From Naegleria gruberi (lineage: Eukaryota), in assembly GCA_000004985.1 (NCBI GenBank), contig GG738919.1: a stretch of 64,000 nt of DNA. The stretch is one strand, 5' to 3'. The notes beneath the pieces were generated by a model. That model was not told the DNA's origin and ran no database searches. It worked only from the letters and a program-made list of their open reading frames with translations. Shown here in pieces: positions 10,446 through 21,037 of the stretch. The translations under genes and the position numbers were made by a program. Position 1 is the stretch's first letter, and each line of letters begins with the position of its first letter.

Positions 10446-12116
10446 ATGTTCGTTAATCATTTGATACGTAGAGTTTCATCGTCCTCTTCCTCTGCTGTGT
10501 TTGCTTCATCATCATGGAAACGTTTATTGGTGGGCAATAATAGTGGTGGTATGATGATGGCAGGCTTATTGAAAAATTATCAAGCACAAGCTTTCATTCA
10601 AGCACAAGAATTATCATTCCGAAATTCTGCTAATTATCATTATAATTTTAAAACATTAAATTCATCATCATCGGATAACAATAATAACAATCAAGAAGGA
10701 GAGCAAGAATTAATTCTTAGTGAAAAGGAAAAACCAATTTATGAATTATTAACCATTGTTTCTAATTCTAATAGAATTGCTCATACAATTTATGATAATG
10801 TTCATCCTTTTACTACCTTGTTGGCACAAATTGAAATGATGATCAAAATGATGGAAGAATTGGCTCAGACGCAGGATCACTTTTTGGGAGATTCAATTCA
10901 TGAAACTATTAATGCTTCCAAAGAATTGCAAATTACAGTTCTCTGCAGAAGGGCCAGTTGTGCTATGGTTTGTTGGAGAAGAGCTCAAACAGAGGAGGAA
11001 AGAAATCAGTACTATTCAATTATGGAGCAGGATTATGATAAAGCTTTCAGTTTTGGAATTGCTAGTGATGAACTTGATTTTGGTTTTGCTAGTTTTTGTA
11101 AGGTTGTTAAACAAGATTTGAGACAAGCTCTTCATTATGTCACAAGATCAATTGAATCTAATCCAAATGCACCAATCAAGTTTTTGAAACGTGCCGAATT
11201 ACAATTTGAATTATTCGAATATTTGAAAGAAACTGGTGAAAATATGAGAGTTGAGGAACGATCAAATTCTACTGGTGCATCAAATAATAATGGAGGAGCT
11301 CCAGAGAGTACTGCCATCACCTCATTCTCAGTCAATCCAGAATGGAGTGATGAAGCATTGGATACTCTCAATAATTGTCTGATAGATTGTGAGAGATATA
11401 TTGAGGATACAATTCAACAAGCTAAGGAGCATAATATTAAGGACTATTACTTGGATTATTATGTATATAATTTGAGAGGAAGAGTTTTTGTAGAGTCCTT
11501 CCTTTCTGATATGGGAAATACCGAGACATCTAAAATTTTCATTGCCAATGCCGAGAGAGATTTTACTTTATATATTGATCATTTTAAACCTGAACAAATT
11601 GATAATTTACATCCAAATTACATTTCAGAATTGTGCTCAGCTCATGCAAGGAGAGCCATGTGCCGATTGCACAACACCAATATCAATCCAGAACATGCCA
11701 AAGAGGATATTGAAAGAGCAACCCAATTATTGCAAAAGATTTCAAATGGAAATGATTACAGCGACATTACTAACTTTATTGAAGAGCTCAAGGTTCTCAC
11801 CCATGCCAAATTAATGCACAATAAGGCCACTGAATTGGGAGCTAAGGCTGCTCAATGTCAACAAACCAATCCAGAACTCGCTTTGGAATATTTGAATGAG
11901 GCCATCAAGACTTGTGAAATTTCTCCAATCGCCATGCTGTACATTCAACGTGCTTTCCTCAACTATGAAACCTTTAGAAAACAAACACAAGCTGGCATGC
12001 AAATTAATGATCCACTGAATAGAGAAATTATGGATAGAGTAGCTGAAGATTGCCAGTCGGCCATCAATAAATGTTTGTTATTTGCCAAATGTTGGAATAA
12101 GGCCTGTCGTACATAA
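10446..12116 (+). CDS. hypothetical helical protein (possible mitochondrial presequence)
   Basis: 556-aa uninterrupted ORF in AT-rich DNA. The N-terminus is Ser-rich and basic. The rest looks like alpha-helical repeats. I recognise no specific family. Confidence 0.5.
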   Translation: MFVNHLIRRVSSSSSSAVFASSSWKRLLVGNNSGGMMMAGLLKNYQAQAFIQAQELSFRNSANYHYNFKTLNSSSSDNNNNNQEGEQELILSEKEKPIYELLTIVSNSNRIAHTIYDNVHPFTTLLAQIEMMIKMMEELAQTQDHFLGDSIHETINASKELQITVLCRRASCAMVCWRRAQTEEERNQYYSIMEQDYDKAFSFGIASDELDFGFASFCKVVKQDLRQALHYVTRSIESNPNAPIKFLKRAELQFELFEYLKETGENMRVEERSNSTGASNNNGGAPESTAITSFSVNPEWSDEALDTLNNCLIDCERYIEDTIQQAKEHNIKDYYLDYYVYNLRGRVFVESFLSDMGNTETSKIFIANAERDFTLYIDHFKPEQIDNLHPNYISELCSAHARRAMCRLHNTNINPEHAKEDIERATQLLQKISNGNDYSDITNFIEELKVLTHAKLMHNKATELGAKAAQCQQTNPELALEYLNEAIKTCEISPIAMLYIQRAFLNYETFRKQTQAGMQINDPLNREIMDRVAEDCQSAINKCLLFAKCWNKACRT

Positions 12117-12147
12117 TATGTAAATAAAACTTCAGTTAAAACAATAA

Positions 12148-13197
12148 TTAACCTACCTGTTTACAATGTTCTGCACATTCGGATTCACTATGGCCATCAA
12201 ATACTCCGAACATGGCATGGAATTTAAATTGAGAAATTGGATGCTGATTAAGGGCTTCCTCGATATTCTTTACGAAAAAGTGTTCATCTTCCATTGTTGG
12301 TCTTTTTCCTTGAGCACTCGCTGATGAATATGATAATTTTCTAGTATGTGTAAATAGAGATTCAAATTGCCCATTGGACATTTGAGGTAAGGCATGAACG
12401 CTAATTGGTCTGTGGAGAGGATTTCTCATCTTGTCTATTTTCAATTCATCTAGAATTGATTTTTTACTTGGTGTAGTAGCCGAAGGTTTAGAAGGGGATG
12501 AAGATGATGAAGCAGAAACATTTCTTGTTGGAAATCTTCCTAGGGTATTATTTGCATTACTCGTTTGAATACCTCTTCTCGGTTCTATTGAGGTTGAATT
12601 ATTTCTATAGGCAGGTGATGTAGTAACATCTTTAAAAGCAGCCGTATTGGGCGAACTATTGAGTGATGTTGGAGTATTTCCACCACCCTTTGGAGGAGTT
12701 GAAGGAATCATGGAGAGAGTTTGTCCTGATCTGAAAACTTTGGGAGAACCCACATCAAGTTTCCTATTCTTATTACCAGAAGGTGTTCTCGAAACATTGA
12801 TGAGAGACATTGTGTTAGGGTAACTCGAGTTTTTAGTTGATGATTGTGGTGATGTATCATGAGAGAGAACACTTCCAAATGATGCAGTTGTACTACTACC
12901 ATTATTATTTGAAGCACTACCTCCTGAGGAAGGTGATACAATACTGTTGTTTCCACTATTGCCTCCAGAACCACCACTAGAACCAAAACCAATATTTTGA
13001 TTATAAACATTTACATGTAATGATCTTAGTGGTTTGGAATGGCTCGGACTAGCAACGAAATTCTTTGATGAGGAAGGTGAGGTTAAGTGTTGTTGAGAGG
13101 AGTGATGATGGAGTGAATGATTGGAATTATTGTTGGGAGATGTTGCTGAATTGTTGCCGCCTCCTCCATTTGGTGATATCGATAAACTCCCTCTCAT
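12148..13197 (-). CDS. Ser/Asn/Gly-rich protein ending in PP2C-phosphatase N-terminal motifs; probably the 5' exon of a PP2C gene
   Basis: 349-aa ORF. The last ~60 aa read ...QGKRPTMEDEHFFV...FHAMFGVFDGHSESECAEHCKQ, matching the PP2C signatures G.R..MED and FFGVFDGHGG..A. The ORF then ends at a consensus donor CAG|GTAGGT (GT at 12156-12155). See findings. Confidence 0.5.
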   Translation of the reverse strand: MRGSLSISPNGGGGNNSATSPNNNSNHSLHHHSSQQHLTSPSSSKNFVASPSHSKPLRSLHVNVYNQNIGFGSSGGSGGNSGNNSIVSPSSGGSASNNNGSSTTASFGSVLSHDTSPQSSTKNSSYPNTMSLINVSRTPSGNKNRKLDVGSPKVFRSGQTLSMIPSTPPKGGGNTPTSLNSSPNTAAFKDVTTSPAYRNNSTSIEPRRGIQTSNANNTLGRFPTRNVSASSSSSPSKPSATTPSKKSILDELKIDKMRNPLHRPISVHALPQMSNGQFESLFTHTRKLSYSSASAQGKRPTMEDEHFFVKNIEEALNQHPISQFKFHAMFGVFDGHSESECAEHCKQVG

Positions 13198-14371
13198 TTT
13201 TTTTTATTGAATTAATGAAATTTTTAGTGAAGTATTTCGCGCCAAATGAAAATTTACTGCTTCTATTCTTGTAAAAATGACTTGTTTGGAAATGGTGTGG
13301 CCTGTTATGGAAGTTGAGTTTTAAATTTAAATATTTTAATTTTAATTAATTTTAAATTGAAGATCAGTGACTATGAAGGTAAGTATCTTTGAAGTTTGTG
13401 GGATGAAATAAGCGGTGCAGTAATTACTAAGAGCTAGATTTACAAAGCTATCTTGAAGGTTGTGGCTATGGAATCATAATTGACTATGTATTCGTGGTAT
13501 ATTGTCAATGAAGCTTTTACTTCCCTTGTACATATGTTATATGTCGTGGTGAACTTTCATCAAATTCGAATATGAGTTTCTGATGAAATTCTGCAATGAG
13601 GACAATTATAAATATTCCAATGGATAAACATTGCCAATGATTCCAAGTCAGCATGTTTCTCGCAGTCTTATATCTAATCTTTCTATTGCAACGAATCTTT
13701 TAGTTCTTCTCTATTGAACCATTTTCTGTAACGAACTTGAACTTGGATGCATTTATATCAATTAGTGAATATAATAAGGATTATAATCCACCAATGCAAC
13801 ATCTCAATAAGTCTTTTGAGCATTTCTAAACTAAAAGGTAGAAAACAAACAGAGTTGGGAAATGTTACCAACAACGAACTCTAAGGAAACTTTAAGGATT
13901 TCAACACCTTCAACAAGACTGTCAATCAATCAGTGAATACACAATGATTAAAAAGCGAATTGCCAAGCTTGTAACTTTTTTCCCACTTCCATAAAATAAT
14001 ACTTGGACTATTTGGGAAGTGGCGTTCTTGAGTTTTCGTATCAACCTTAATCATCCAAACTTCCCGAATTGTTTAATTGTTCACACACCAATCGACGTCG
14101 CATTAATGTTTTATAATATTATCAGAAAAAAACGAAAAAAAACGATAAGGTTTGTTTTCGCTTGATGCAATATACCGTACGATCCGCCTTAATATCTTTT
14201 CACTTTGAATAGTCATCTTGAATCAGTACAGGTCCACATTATTGCACACTATCATTATCAATCAACACAAAGAATGAATAATAACAGGTCGAATATCGGT
14301 GTAAATCACACAAGATGATTCAAAAGAGACAAAGTTTAAACATCAACTGACTTGTCAATTCCTGAAAGTCC

Positions 14372-14421
14372 NNNNNNNNNNNNNNNNNNNNNNNNNNNNN
14401 NNNNNNNNNNNNNNNNNNNNN
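14372..14421. other. assembly gap (50 N)
   Basis: Run of N. Confidence 1.
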
Positions 14422-14956
14422 TTGATATTGGTGCAATCCATTCACTCCATTATGTATCATTCCGAAACTCTTATCCATATAATAGTTATTATTTAATATA
14501 TTAATAATAATTATCACAACAATGAATATTATTAAAACAGAAAATGAAACTCTGGGAAATAGTATTTGTGTCCTTGATCGTCGTAGAATCATTTTTTTGT
14601 GGTGATTCTCGTTTCTTGATTACAAAATTACATTCTTGGTGGTGTGAAAGATTTTTATGATTATTGTAAAGTTGTTAAATAAATCATCAAATTTAGTAAT
14701 TGTAAACTCAAAAACCCACATGTATCAGCTTATACTTTCAACTAAAGGAATTTTGAAATATCAAGTGCAGTCAACTGTTTCTATACCAACGCACTAATCG
14801 AATGCGCATAATAATTTGTACACCCTCATTAAGATGAAACCTAGGTGGTTCCAACTTGTATCACATATCGGCCAATTCAAAACTCTAAATCCCGACTATT
14901 CATTTCCTTTAAATTTCACACAAAAAGCCGAAATACTAAATAAATCTCATAAAAAA

Positions 14957-15676
14957 ATGTCTCAACAAGTAATTGATCTCAACAAGCAACATTTCGACAA
15001 GATGGCTCTCGATTGGGGAACCAATCCAATCTTTGCCGAGATGAGTAGAAAATTTGCAACTGGTATTATGGAAGAATTGAGAAAACACCTCACGAATCAA
15101 TCATCAATGCAAGTGATGGATTTTGGTTGCGGAACTGGAGCTCTTTCATTGTATCTATTGAATGAATATGGACAGAGTGTTGAATGTTTGGATGCAGTAG
15201 ATGTGAGTGAAGGCATGTTGAAGCAATTTGCTGAAAAGAAGGAAAAATTGGTCGGAGAAGGCATGTTGAATGGTAACTTGTTGCAAATTCATAATTTAAA
15301 TTTGACCACGGATGATCATGCACTGATTGGAAAGAAGAATAGTTATGATTTGATTGTGTCCTCCATGTGTTTCCATCACTTGCCAAATATTCCAGAAAAA
15401 CTCAAGCTTTTTGCTTCCTATTTGAAACCTTCTGGAAAACTTGTCTTTTTGGATATGGACAAGGATTTTCCACTGATTGAAACATTCCATCCAAGAAATA
15501 TGGGTGATGAATTGCAATATGAAAGCGGATTCTCTGAGGCAGAGTTGAGAGAGTGGCTCGATTTGGCTGGCTTTGAAAATCATCAATTTGCTAGAAATGT
15601 CACAATTGAAAAGAAGGGATGGGACGATGTGATGAGAAGTTACACTCTCATGACCACTACTTCATTTAAAAAGTAA
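14957..15676 (+). CDS. class I SAM-dependent methyltransferase
   Basis: Motif I VMDFGCGTGALSL and downstream LIVSSMCFHHLPN / KPSGKLVFLD motifs. ATG at 14957 sits in an A-rich context; an alternative in-frame upstream start is at 14816. Confidence 0.7.
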   Translation: MSQQVIDLNKQHFDKMALDWGTNPIFAEMSRKFATGIMEELRKHLTNQSSMQVMDFGCGTGALSLYLLNEYGQSVECLDAVDVSEGMLKQFAEKKEKLVGEGMLNGNLLQIHNLNLTTDDHALIGKKNSYDLIVSSMCFHHLPNIPEKLKLFASYLKPSGKLVFLDMDKDFPLIETFHPRNMGDELQYESGFSEAELREWLDLAGFENHQFARNVTIEKKGWDDVMRSYTLMTTTSFKK

Positions 15677-15775
15677 TATATTGTTTTCATTTGTGTAAAT
15701 ATCAAAATTTCATCCTGTTTAATGTTTTTTACTCAAATTCCAATTCAATTAATAATTCAATATGTAATAATCAAA

Positions 15776-16627
15776 TTATTCTTGAGCCTTCTTCTTTTGT
15801 TTTTGTAACCATTCACGATAATTCTTATCAGTTCCACACAAATAATCCCACCAAGTAAATGTTGAAGCATAATTTCCATTGTAAGTCTTGTGATGGAAAT
15901 CGTGATGAAGTGGACCACTATAGAATGGAATTAAATTACTCATACACCATGGGAAGTAGAAACCTGTATGTGTATCAATGGCTTCAATTTGACGAATTGT
16001 CATCCATACCCACCATCCAATAATGTGTGGAATTCCAAAAAGGAATGGTCCAATAAACGAACCAACACCCAACAAGACAAACTCTGTACAACTAGCATAT
16101 GATGAGCAGTAACCAATTGGTGTCTGATATTCGTGATGCATTTTGTGAATATGCTTATAGGCCCATTCAGTATGCAACCAACGATGAATCCAATAAAAGT
16201 AAGCATCTTCAATCACTAAGAAAATCAAGGAACGTCCAACCATATCCCACCATGGTGGAATATTCATATCATAACTCACACCAACCCATTTAAGAACAGG
16301 ATATCCAGTATAAAGCAATGGTAAAAGCAACAAGTGATTAAGTACTAATTGAAAAACACAATTCCAATCTGTTAACCTTTCTTCTTCTTTCAATTGAAGT
16401 TTGTACTTGTAGAGGAAAGAAGGCTTGAATTTCTTAATTAAAAACCATGGCAAGGACAAGATTCCATACAATACAAAGATATATGCAAGGGATACATAGG
16501 TTGTAATTTCCAACTCTGAAAAGTTTGAACGAATTAAATAATAAAATTGATGCAGGGTATCCATTTGATTTAAATCGACATTTCCAACCCAATCAGGGAG
16601 AGTAGAAGAAGGGGTGGTACTACTCAT
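15776..16627 (-). CDS. sterol desaturase / fatty-acid hydroxylase superfamily protein (ERG3/ERG25-like)
   Basis: 283 aa with several hydrophobic helices and three His boxes: HRWLH, HKMHHEY and HHDFHH. Confidence 0.75.
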   Translation of the reverse strand: MSSTTPSSTLPDWVGNVDLNQMDTLHQFYYLIRSNFSELEITTYVSLAYIFVLYGILSLPWFLIKKFKPSFLYKYKLQLKEEERLTDWNCVFQLVLNHLLLLPLLYTGYPVLKWVGVSYDMNIPPWWDMVGRSLIFLVIEDAYFYWIHRWLHTEWAYKHIHKMHHEYQTPIGYCSSYASCTEFVLLGVGSFIGPFLFGIPHIIGWWVWMTIRQIEAIDTHTGFYFPWCMSNLIPFYSGPLHHDFHHKTYNGNYASTFTWWDYLCGTDKNYREWLQKQKKKAQE

Positions 16628-17078
16628 GATGATGACGATGATATATTTTGTTTGTTGTTAAAATTGATGAAGAGGATCTTGAAATATTTAGAGTTTCGTT
16701 TTTTCTCACTCCGAAAGTAAACGGTAGACGAACTGTAGGTGGTGTTTGAAGGTGGACATTGAAGTAGTGGAGATTGAATTAACCCGATTATCTAAAGAAG
16801 AGCATTTTGATCGGTTAATCGCTTCTTTTTTTTTAATATTTAAATTAAATAGTACTACAAATTGGTATTACTCTTTCAATATATTGTAAAGCAAATTAAA
16901 TATTATTATGTATTTAATAATATTTAAACAAAATTAAATTTTTGTTCAATCTAAAAAATTAAATTCAAAAAATTGCCAAACTTGTACAATGTTGATATAT
17001 TAATTATTTTTCTATTTTCTTAAGAATTGCTTAGAGAAAAGAAAAAATTGTCGTTACGAGAAATAGTGAGGTGGTAAC
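16628..17078. promoter_or_regulatory. divergent promoter region between the sterol desaturase (-) and chromate transporter (+) genes
   Basis: 451-bp very AT-rich interval (long A/T runs) between divergently oriented start codons. Confidence 0.3.
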
Positions 17079-18830
17079 ATGATTTCTTCCTCATCTCGTC
17101 ATCACAATGATGATGAAAGTGTTAACAAACAACAATATTCGGAACGAGAAGAATTTAATGGTAATCAACAAGAGGATAATATAATTAATAATCAACAAGA
17201 GAATCAAATAATAGGAAATAATAATGATGATGATAGAGACGATGATGAACCAATTAGAATATTAACAACAACTAATAATACAAAATTGCAACAATTACGA
17301 GCCTATGTATGGAAAATAGCCAAATTATCATTTGATATGCTTCCTATTGGTTTTTTAAGCTTTGGAGGTCCAATGGCTCATACTTCACTGCTACAGGATC
17401 GATTTGTTATTAATCATCAATGGTTAACTCCAGAGGAGTTTTCAGAATTGTTTTCCATTTGTCAATCATTGCCTGGACCATTAAGTACCAAATTGGTGAT
17501 TGCTATTGGAACATTGAGAGGAGGATATGTTGGAGCTTTGGTGAGCTTTCTGATATTTTCATTACCAAGTGGATTGGTGATGGGAATTGTTGGAGTTTTG
17601 ATGAAAGATGTGGACACGGATATTCAATTTCCTTATTGGATAAAGATTGCTTTGAGTGGATTTTCGTGTGCTGCCGTGTCCATCATTATGCATGCTGGTT
17701 ATTTGATGGCCAAGAAATTGACAGTTGGTTCCAAGTTGTATCAGAGCTTAATGATTGGAGCATTTATATTATTTTTGATATATCAAACTTGGTGGATGTT
17801 ATTATCGATCATGATTTTTGGAGGACTTTCGAATTGGTTTGGGGAATATGGAGGCAAATATTTCAAAAACAAGTATGAAAATTTCACAAATTCATATGAA
17901 CAAAATGCAGTAGGAAATAAGGGAAAGTTTGAAAGCATTATCAAATTTTTGAAATTTTCCAAATATTTCATGTTGGAATTATTTACAGATTCAAAGGTGA
18001 AAATTAAAAAGATTTTCAACAAGGGAATATTCAAAAGATCTACCAATTATGAGCAAGTTGATGAGGCAACACCCTCTCCTGCTGCTGAGACACCCTCCTC
18101 CACTACTGCTAGTCAAATCATTTCCAACAGTGTTGACAAATCCAACGATAACGAAACAAGCAATACCATTGAAAAGAGCAAGGATATTTCACTTAAACCA
18201 ATCATGGGAATAATTTTTATTACCATCTTCATCATGCTACTACTAAGCTTATTCATTTCAAGACAATTTATCGAGTGGACTCCACTCTATCTTGCAGAGG
18301 GATTTTTCAGAATTAGCAGTTTGATATTTGGTGGAGGGCATGTCATTCTTCCTGTTATTTTGAATGAGTTTTCCGTAAATCCTAATAATTCCACCTTGCC
18401 AACCATTTCAGAATCGCAATTTTTGAATGGATTTGCCCTACAGAATGCCCTACCAGGTCCATTATTCAATTTATCAGCATTTGTTGGTGGAGTGATTGGA
18501 GGTCCACTCGGTGCATTCATTTCCTGGTTTTGCTCCTTCCTACCGCCATTCCTTTTCATGTGGACTGCCATTCCTCTTTGGAACAAGTACAGAGATAATA
18601 AGAGTGTAAAAATAATTCTGGCTGGAGTGAATGCCTCAAGTGTTGGATTTGTCTTTGTAGCAGGTTATGTATTGTGGTTGTCATGTGTGGAAACTCAATT
18701 CGTGCCAGCTGCCTGTACAGTCGTGTTGAGTGTTTTGTTACAATCTGTGATTGATGCACCTGCACCACTGGTTATTCTCTCGGGAGGTCTCATTCGACTA
18801 GCTCTACAACCTCTAGCACAAAATTCTTAG
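17079..18830 (+). CDS. chromate ion transporter (CHR/ChrA family), duplicated two-domain form
   Basis: 583 aa. Both halves carry CHR signatures: the N-half has SFGGPMAHTSLLQDRFV...WLTPEEFSELFSICQSLPGP and the C-half has IFGGGHVILPVILNEFS...FLNGFALQNALPGP. There are multiple TM helices and an Asn/Asp-rich N-terminal extension. Confidence 0.75.
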   Translation: MISSSSRHHNDDESVNKQQYSEREEFNGNQQEDNIINNQQENQIIGNNNDDDRDDDEPIRILTTTNNTKLQQLRAYVWKIAKLSFDMLPIGFLSFGGPMAHTSLLQDRFVINHQWLTPEEFSELFSICQSLPGPLSTKLVIAIGTLRGGYVGALVSFLIFSLPSGLVMGIVGVLMKDVDTDIQFPYWIKIALSGFSCAAVSIIMHAGYLMAKKLTVGSKLYQSLMIGAFILFLIYQTWWMLLSIMIFGGLSNWFGEYGGKYFKNKYENFTNSYEQNAVGNKGKFESIIKFLKFSKYFMLELFTDSKVKIKKIFNKGIFKRSTNYEQVDEATPSPAAETPSSTTASQIISNSVDKSNDNETSNTIEKSKDISLKPIMGIIFITIFIMLLLSLFISRQFIEWTPLYLAEGFFRISSLIFGGGHVILPVILNEFSVNPNNSTLPTISESQFLNGFALQNALPGPLFNLSAFVGGVIGGPLGAFISWFCSFLPPFLFMWTAIPLWNKYRDNKSVKIILAGVNASSVGFVFVAGYVLWLSCVETQFVPAACTVVLSVLLQSVIDAPAPLVILSGGLIRLALQPLAQNS

Positions 18831-18833
18831 AAT

Positions 18834-19841
18834 TTATTTTCGATTTTCAACCCATTCTACAATTTTAGAAACAATACTTGGAGTTGGTTTGTAATTTGGA
18901 ATGGCAAGTTGACGAATTAATTTTTCACACACCACTTGTTTTGATTCCTTTTCAAGAGCTAATCTTACACTTTCCAAAACACGTCCATTAATTTCAAATC
19001 GTTGCAAGCATTGAATTTGTTTGACTTTCATACCAGCTCCTCCTTTCCTTATTACTCCTTTCATTACATAAAGGGTTATTTCCTTATCCCAATTTGAATA
19101 ACTTTCAGTTGGAAGTTGAAATTGGGATTTTTCTCTACTTTCTTCATCTTCTTCCTCTGGTTTTGCCTCTTCTTGAACTAGTGCAGAAATGGAAGATGGT
19201 TCTTCATTTGAAATTGGTGTTGTTACTTCCTTTTGAATTGTTTCAATATTAATAATCGATTCTTTGTGTTGAGTAGGAGTTGCTGTAGCAGCAGGAGTCA
19301 CAACTGTTTCTTCCTCTTTGATAACTTGTTTAATTATTTCTTCCTTGACTTGCTTTTCTTGATGAATAATAGAACTACTTGACAAATCCCTTTTAATTGG
19401 AGTTTTTACCTTTGAGGCAGCAAACTCTACCAACTTGATTGAAAACTTGCTCAAATCAATACTTTCATCCCTCTCAATAAAAACACACTTGTTATTCACA
19501 ATTCTGTTGAATCTTTCCATAGCAGCTTGATAACTAGTTTCCGAAATTTGTACCTGTAATTCCTCCATATCACTCTCATCCAAACCTAATTGTTCAAACA
19601 AATCCAATTCCTTCCGATTCAATCCAGCACATTCCTTCAATACATTTGTTAAATAATTATTTGTTTGTTGAACAGGATTGAATGTGGTCATGTGAAAATG
19701 TTTTCCCGAACAGCTAGGATATATATAATTCTTCTTGTCATTGTAATTAATGGCTAATAATTTGATGGTCGTGGTGTGGTGTTGTTGTTGTACTTTGAGA
19801 GAGTTGGAAATGATTGATTTACTTTTTAACATTTTTTTCAA
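18834..19841 (-). CDS. hypothetical protein
   Basis: 335-aa ORF with an acidic middle region. No family recognised. Its stop codon lies 3 nt from the stop of the convergent chromate-transporter gene. Confidence 0.5.
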   Translation of the reverse strand: MKKMLKSKSIISNSLKVQQQHHTTTIKLLAINYNDKKNYIYPSCSGKHFHMTTFNPVQQTNNYLTNVLKECAGLNRKELDLFEQLGLDESDMEELQVQISETSYQAAMERFNRIVNNKCVFIERDESIDLSKFSIKLVEFAASKVKTPIKRDLSSSSIIHQEKQVKEEIIKQVIKEEETVVTPAATATPTQHKESIINIETIQKEVTTPISNEEPSSISALVQEEAKPEEEDEESREKSQFQLPTESYSNWDKEITLYVMKGVIRKGGAGMKVKQIQCLQRFEINGRVLESVRLALEKESKQVVCEKLIRQLAIPNYKPTPSIVSKIVEWVENRK

Positions 19842-20041
19842 TAAAGTTTAAAATTCTCCATTTGAGGAGATGGTGGAAATCTTTCCATTATTGGTTGCAG
19901 TAATATCTGAATATTTAACAATGTTTCTTAAATATTTAAATGTTTTGTAACATTATTAAAAATAGTATTGAACTATTTAATAATTTTTGGCGCCAAAATT
20001 CAACACTTACAATTTCCACCTTTCATAATAATCAAAAAAAA

Positions 20042-21037
20042 ATGCAAGAATCAAACTCTACAAACCAGCCATCACCCGAAACTTTTTTCACCATCGATCC
20101 ATCACGAGTGGCACTCAACGCAGGCTTGATACTCATGGAGGAAGACAAGGATTACGGAAAGGCTTTGAATTTCTTCTTACAAGCGGCCAATATGGGAAAT
20201 GCGAATGCTGAATATTATGTTGGACACATGTATCATAAAGGCTTGGGAATGGAACAAAAAGAGATTCCATTGGCTTTCATGTGGTATCAGAGGGCTGCAC
20301 AGAAGGGACATGTGCAGGCACTTTATTTGGTTGGAATTTTTTATTATTTTGGATTTGGTGTGGAGAAGAGTTTTGAAAAGAGTTTTGAATATTGTAACAA
20401 AGCAGCAGAAAGTGGACATTCACAGGCACAGTTTGATGTTGGATTGAATTATTTGGAAGGAGAAGGAGTGGAGAGAAATGTGGAATGTGCCATGACTTGG
20501 TTTACCAAATCTGCCAATCAGAATAATTTATTTGCCATGAAGAAATTGGCTCAATTGTATGATATTGGTGATGTAATTCCAAGAAATGTAAATGAAGCAT
20601 TCAAATGGTGTTTGAAGGCTGCAGAATTAGGTGATTCTGGTAGTCAATATGATGTTGCTGCCATGTATGAATTTGGAGATGGTACTGAAAGAGATTTATC
20701 CAAAGCTTTTGAATGGTATTCCAAGTCAGCTCATCAAAAGAATCCCCAAGGTGAATTCCAAGTTGGATTAATGTATTGCTTGGGTAAACATGTGGAAAAG
20801 GATCTCAGTAAAGGTTTGGAGTTTGCATTGAGAGCTGCTGAACAAGGATTGTCAAAAGCTCAATACGTTGTGGCTGACATGTATGCAAGAGGCGATGGCA
20901 CTCCAATTGATGTTATGAAATCCTACGAATGGTACTCTAAATGTTGCAATGCATGTATGAATGAAAATAATGGAGATTTACTTCAGAAATGCGTTGCTAG
21001 ATTGAACATGCTCGCCAAACAATTATCACACAAATAG
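20042..21037 (+). CDS. Sel1-like repeat (SLR) protein
   Basis: At least seven consecutive Sel1-type repeats, e.g. AEYYVGHMYHKGLGMEQKEIPLAFMWYQRAAQKGHVQALYLVGIFYYFGFGVEKSFEKSFEYCNKAAESGHSQAQFDVGLNYLEGEGV. The Met at 20042 is preferred; an alternative upstream start is at 19940. Confidence 0.7.
   Translation: MQESNSTNQPSPETFFTIDPSRVALNAGLILMEEDKDYGKALNFFLQAANMGNANAEYYVGHMYHKGLGMEQKEIPLAFMWYQRAAQKGHVQALYLVGIFYYFGFGVEKSFEKSFEYCNKAAESGHSQAQFDVGLNYLEGEGVERNVECAMTWFTKSANQNNLFAMKKLAQLYDIGDVIPRNVNEAFKWCLKAAELGDSGSQYDVAAMYEFGDGTERDLSKAFEWYSKSAHQKNPQGEFQVGLMYCLGKHVEKDLSKGLEFALRAAEQGLSKAQYVVADMYARGDGTPIDVMKSYEWYSKCCNACMNENNGDLLQKCVARLNMLAKQLSHK

Noticed and set aside
13980-14022. Short hairpin (TTCCCACTTCC … GGAAGTGG) in the intergenic region
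   Set aside because: It is an 8-9-bp stem with a 24-nt loop. Such hairpins are common by chance, and there is no flanking evidence for a terminator or ncRNA.
14320-14592. 90-aa ORF 14320..14592 (-) spanning the 50-N gap
   Set aside because: Its continuity depends on the N-run, and the flanking sequence is AT-rich intergenic DNA.
17420-18768. ORFs 17420..17878 (+), 17783..18046 (-), 18287..18586 (-), 18556..18768 (-) inside the chromate transporter gene
   Set aside because: They overlap or lie antisense within a well-supported 583-aa gene and have no recognisable features. They are typical shadow ORFs.
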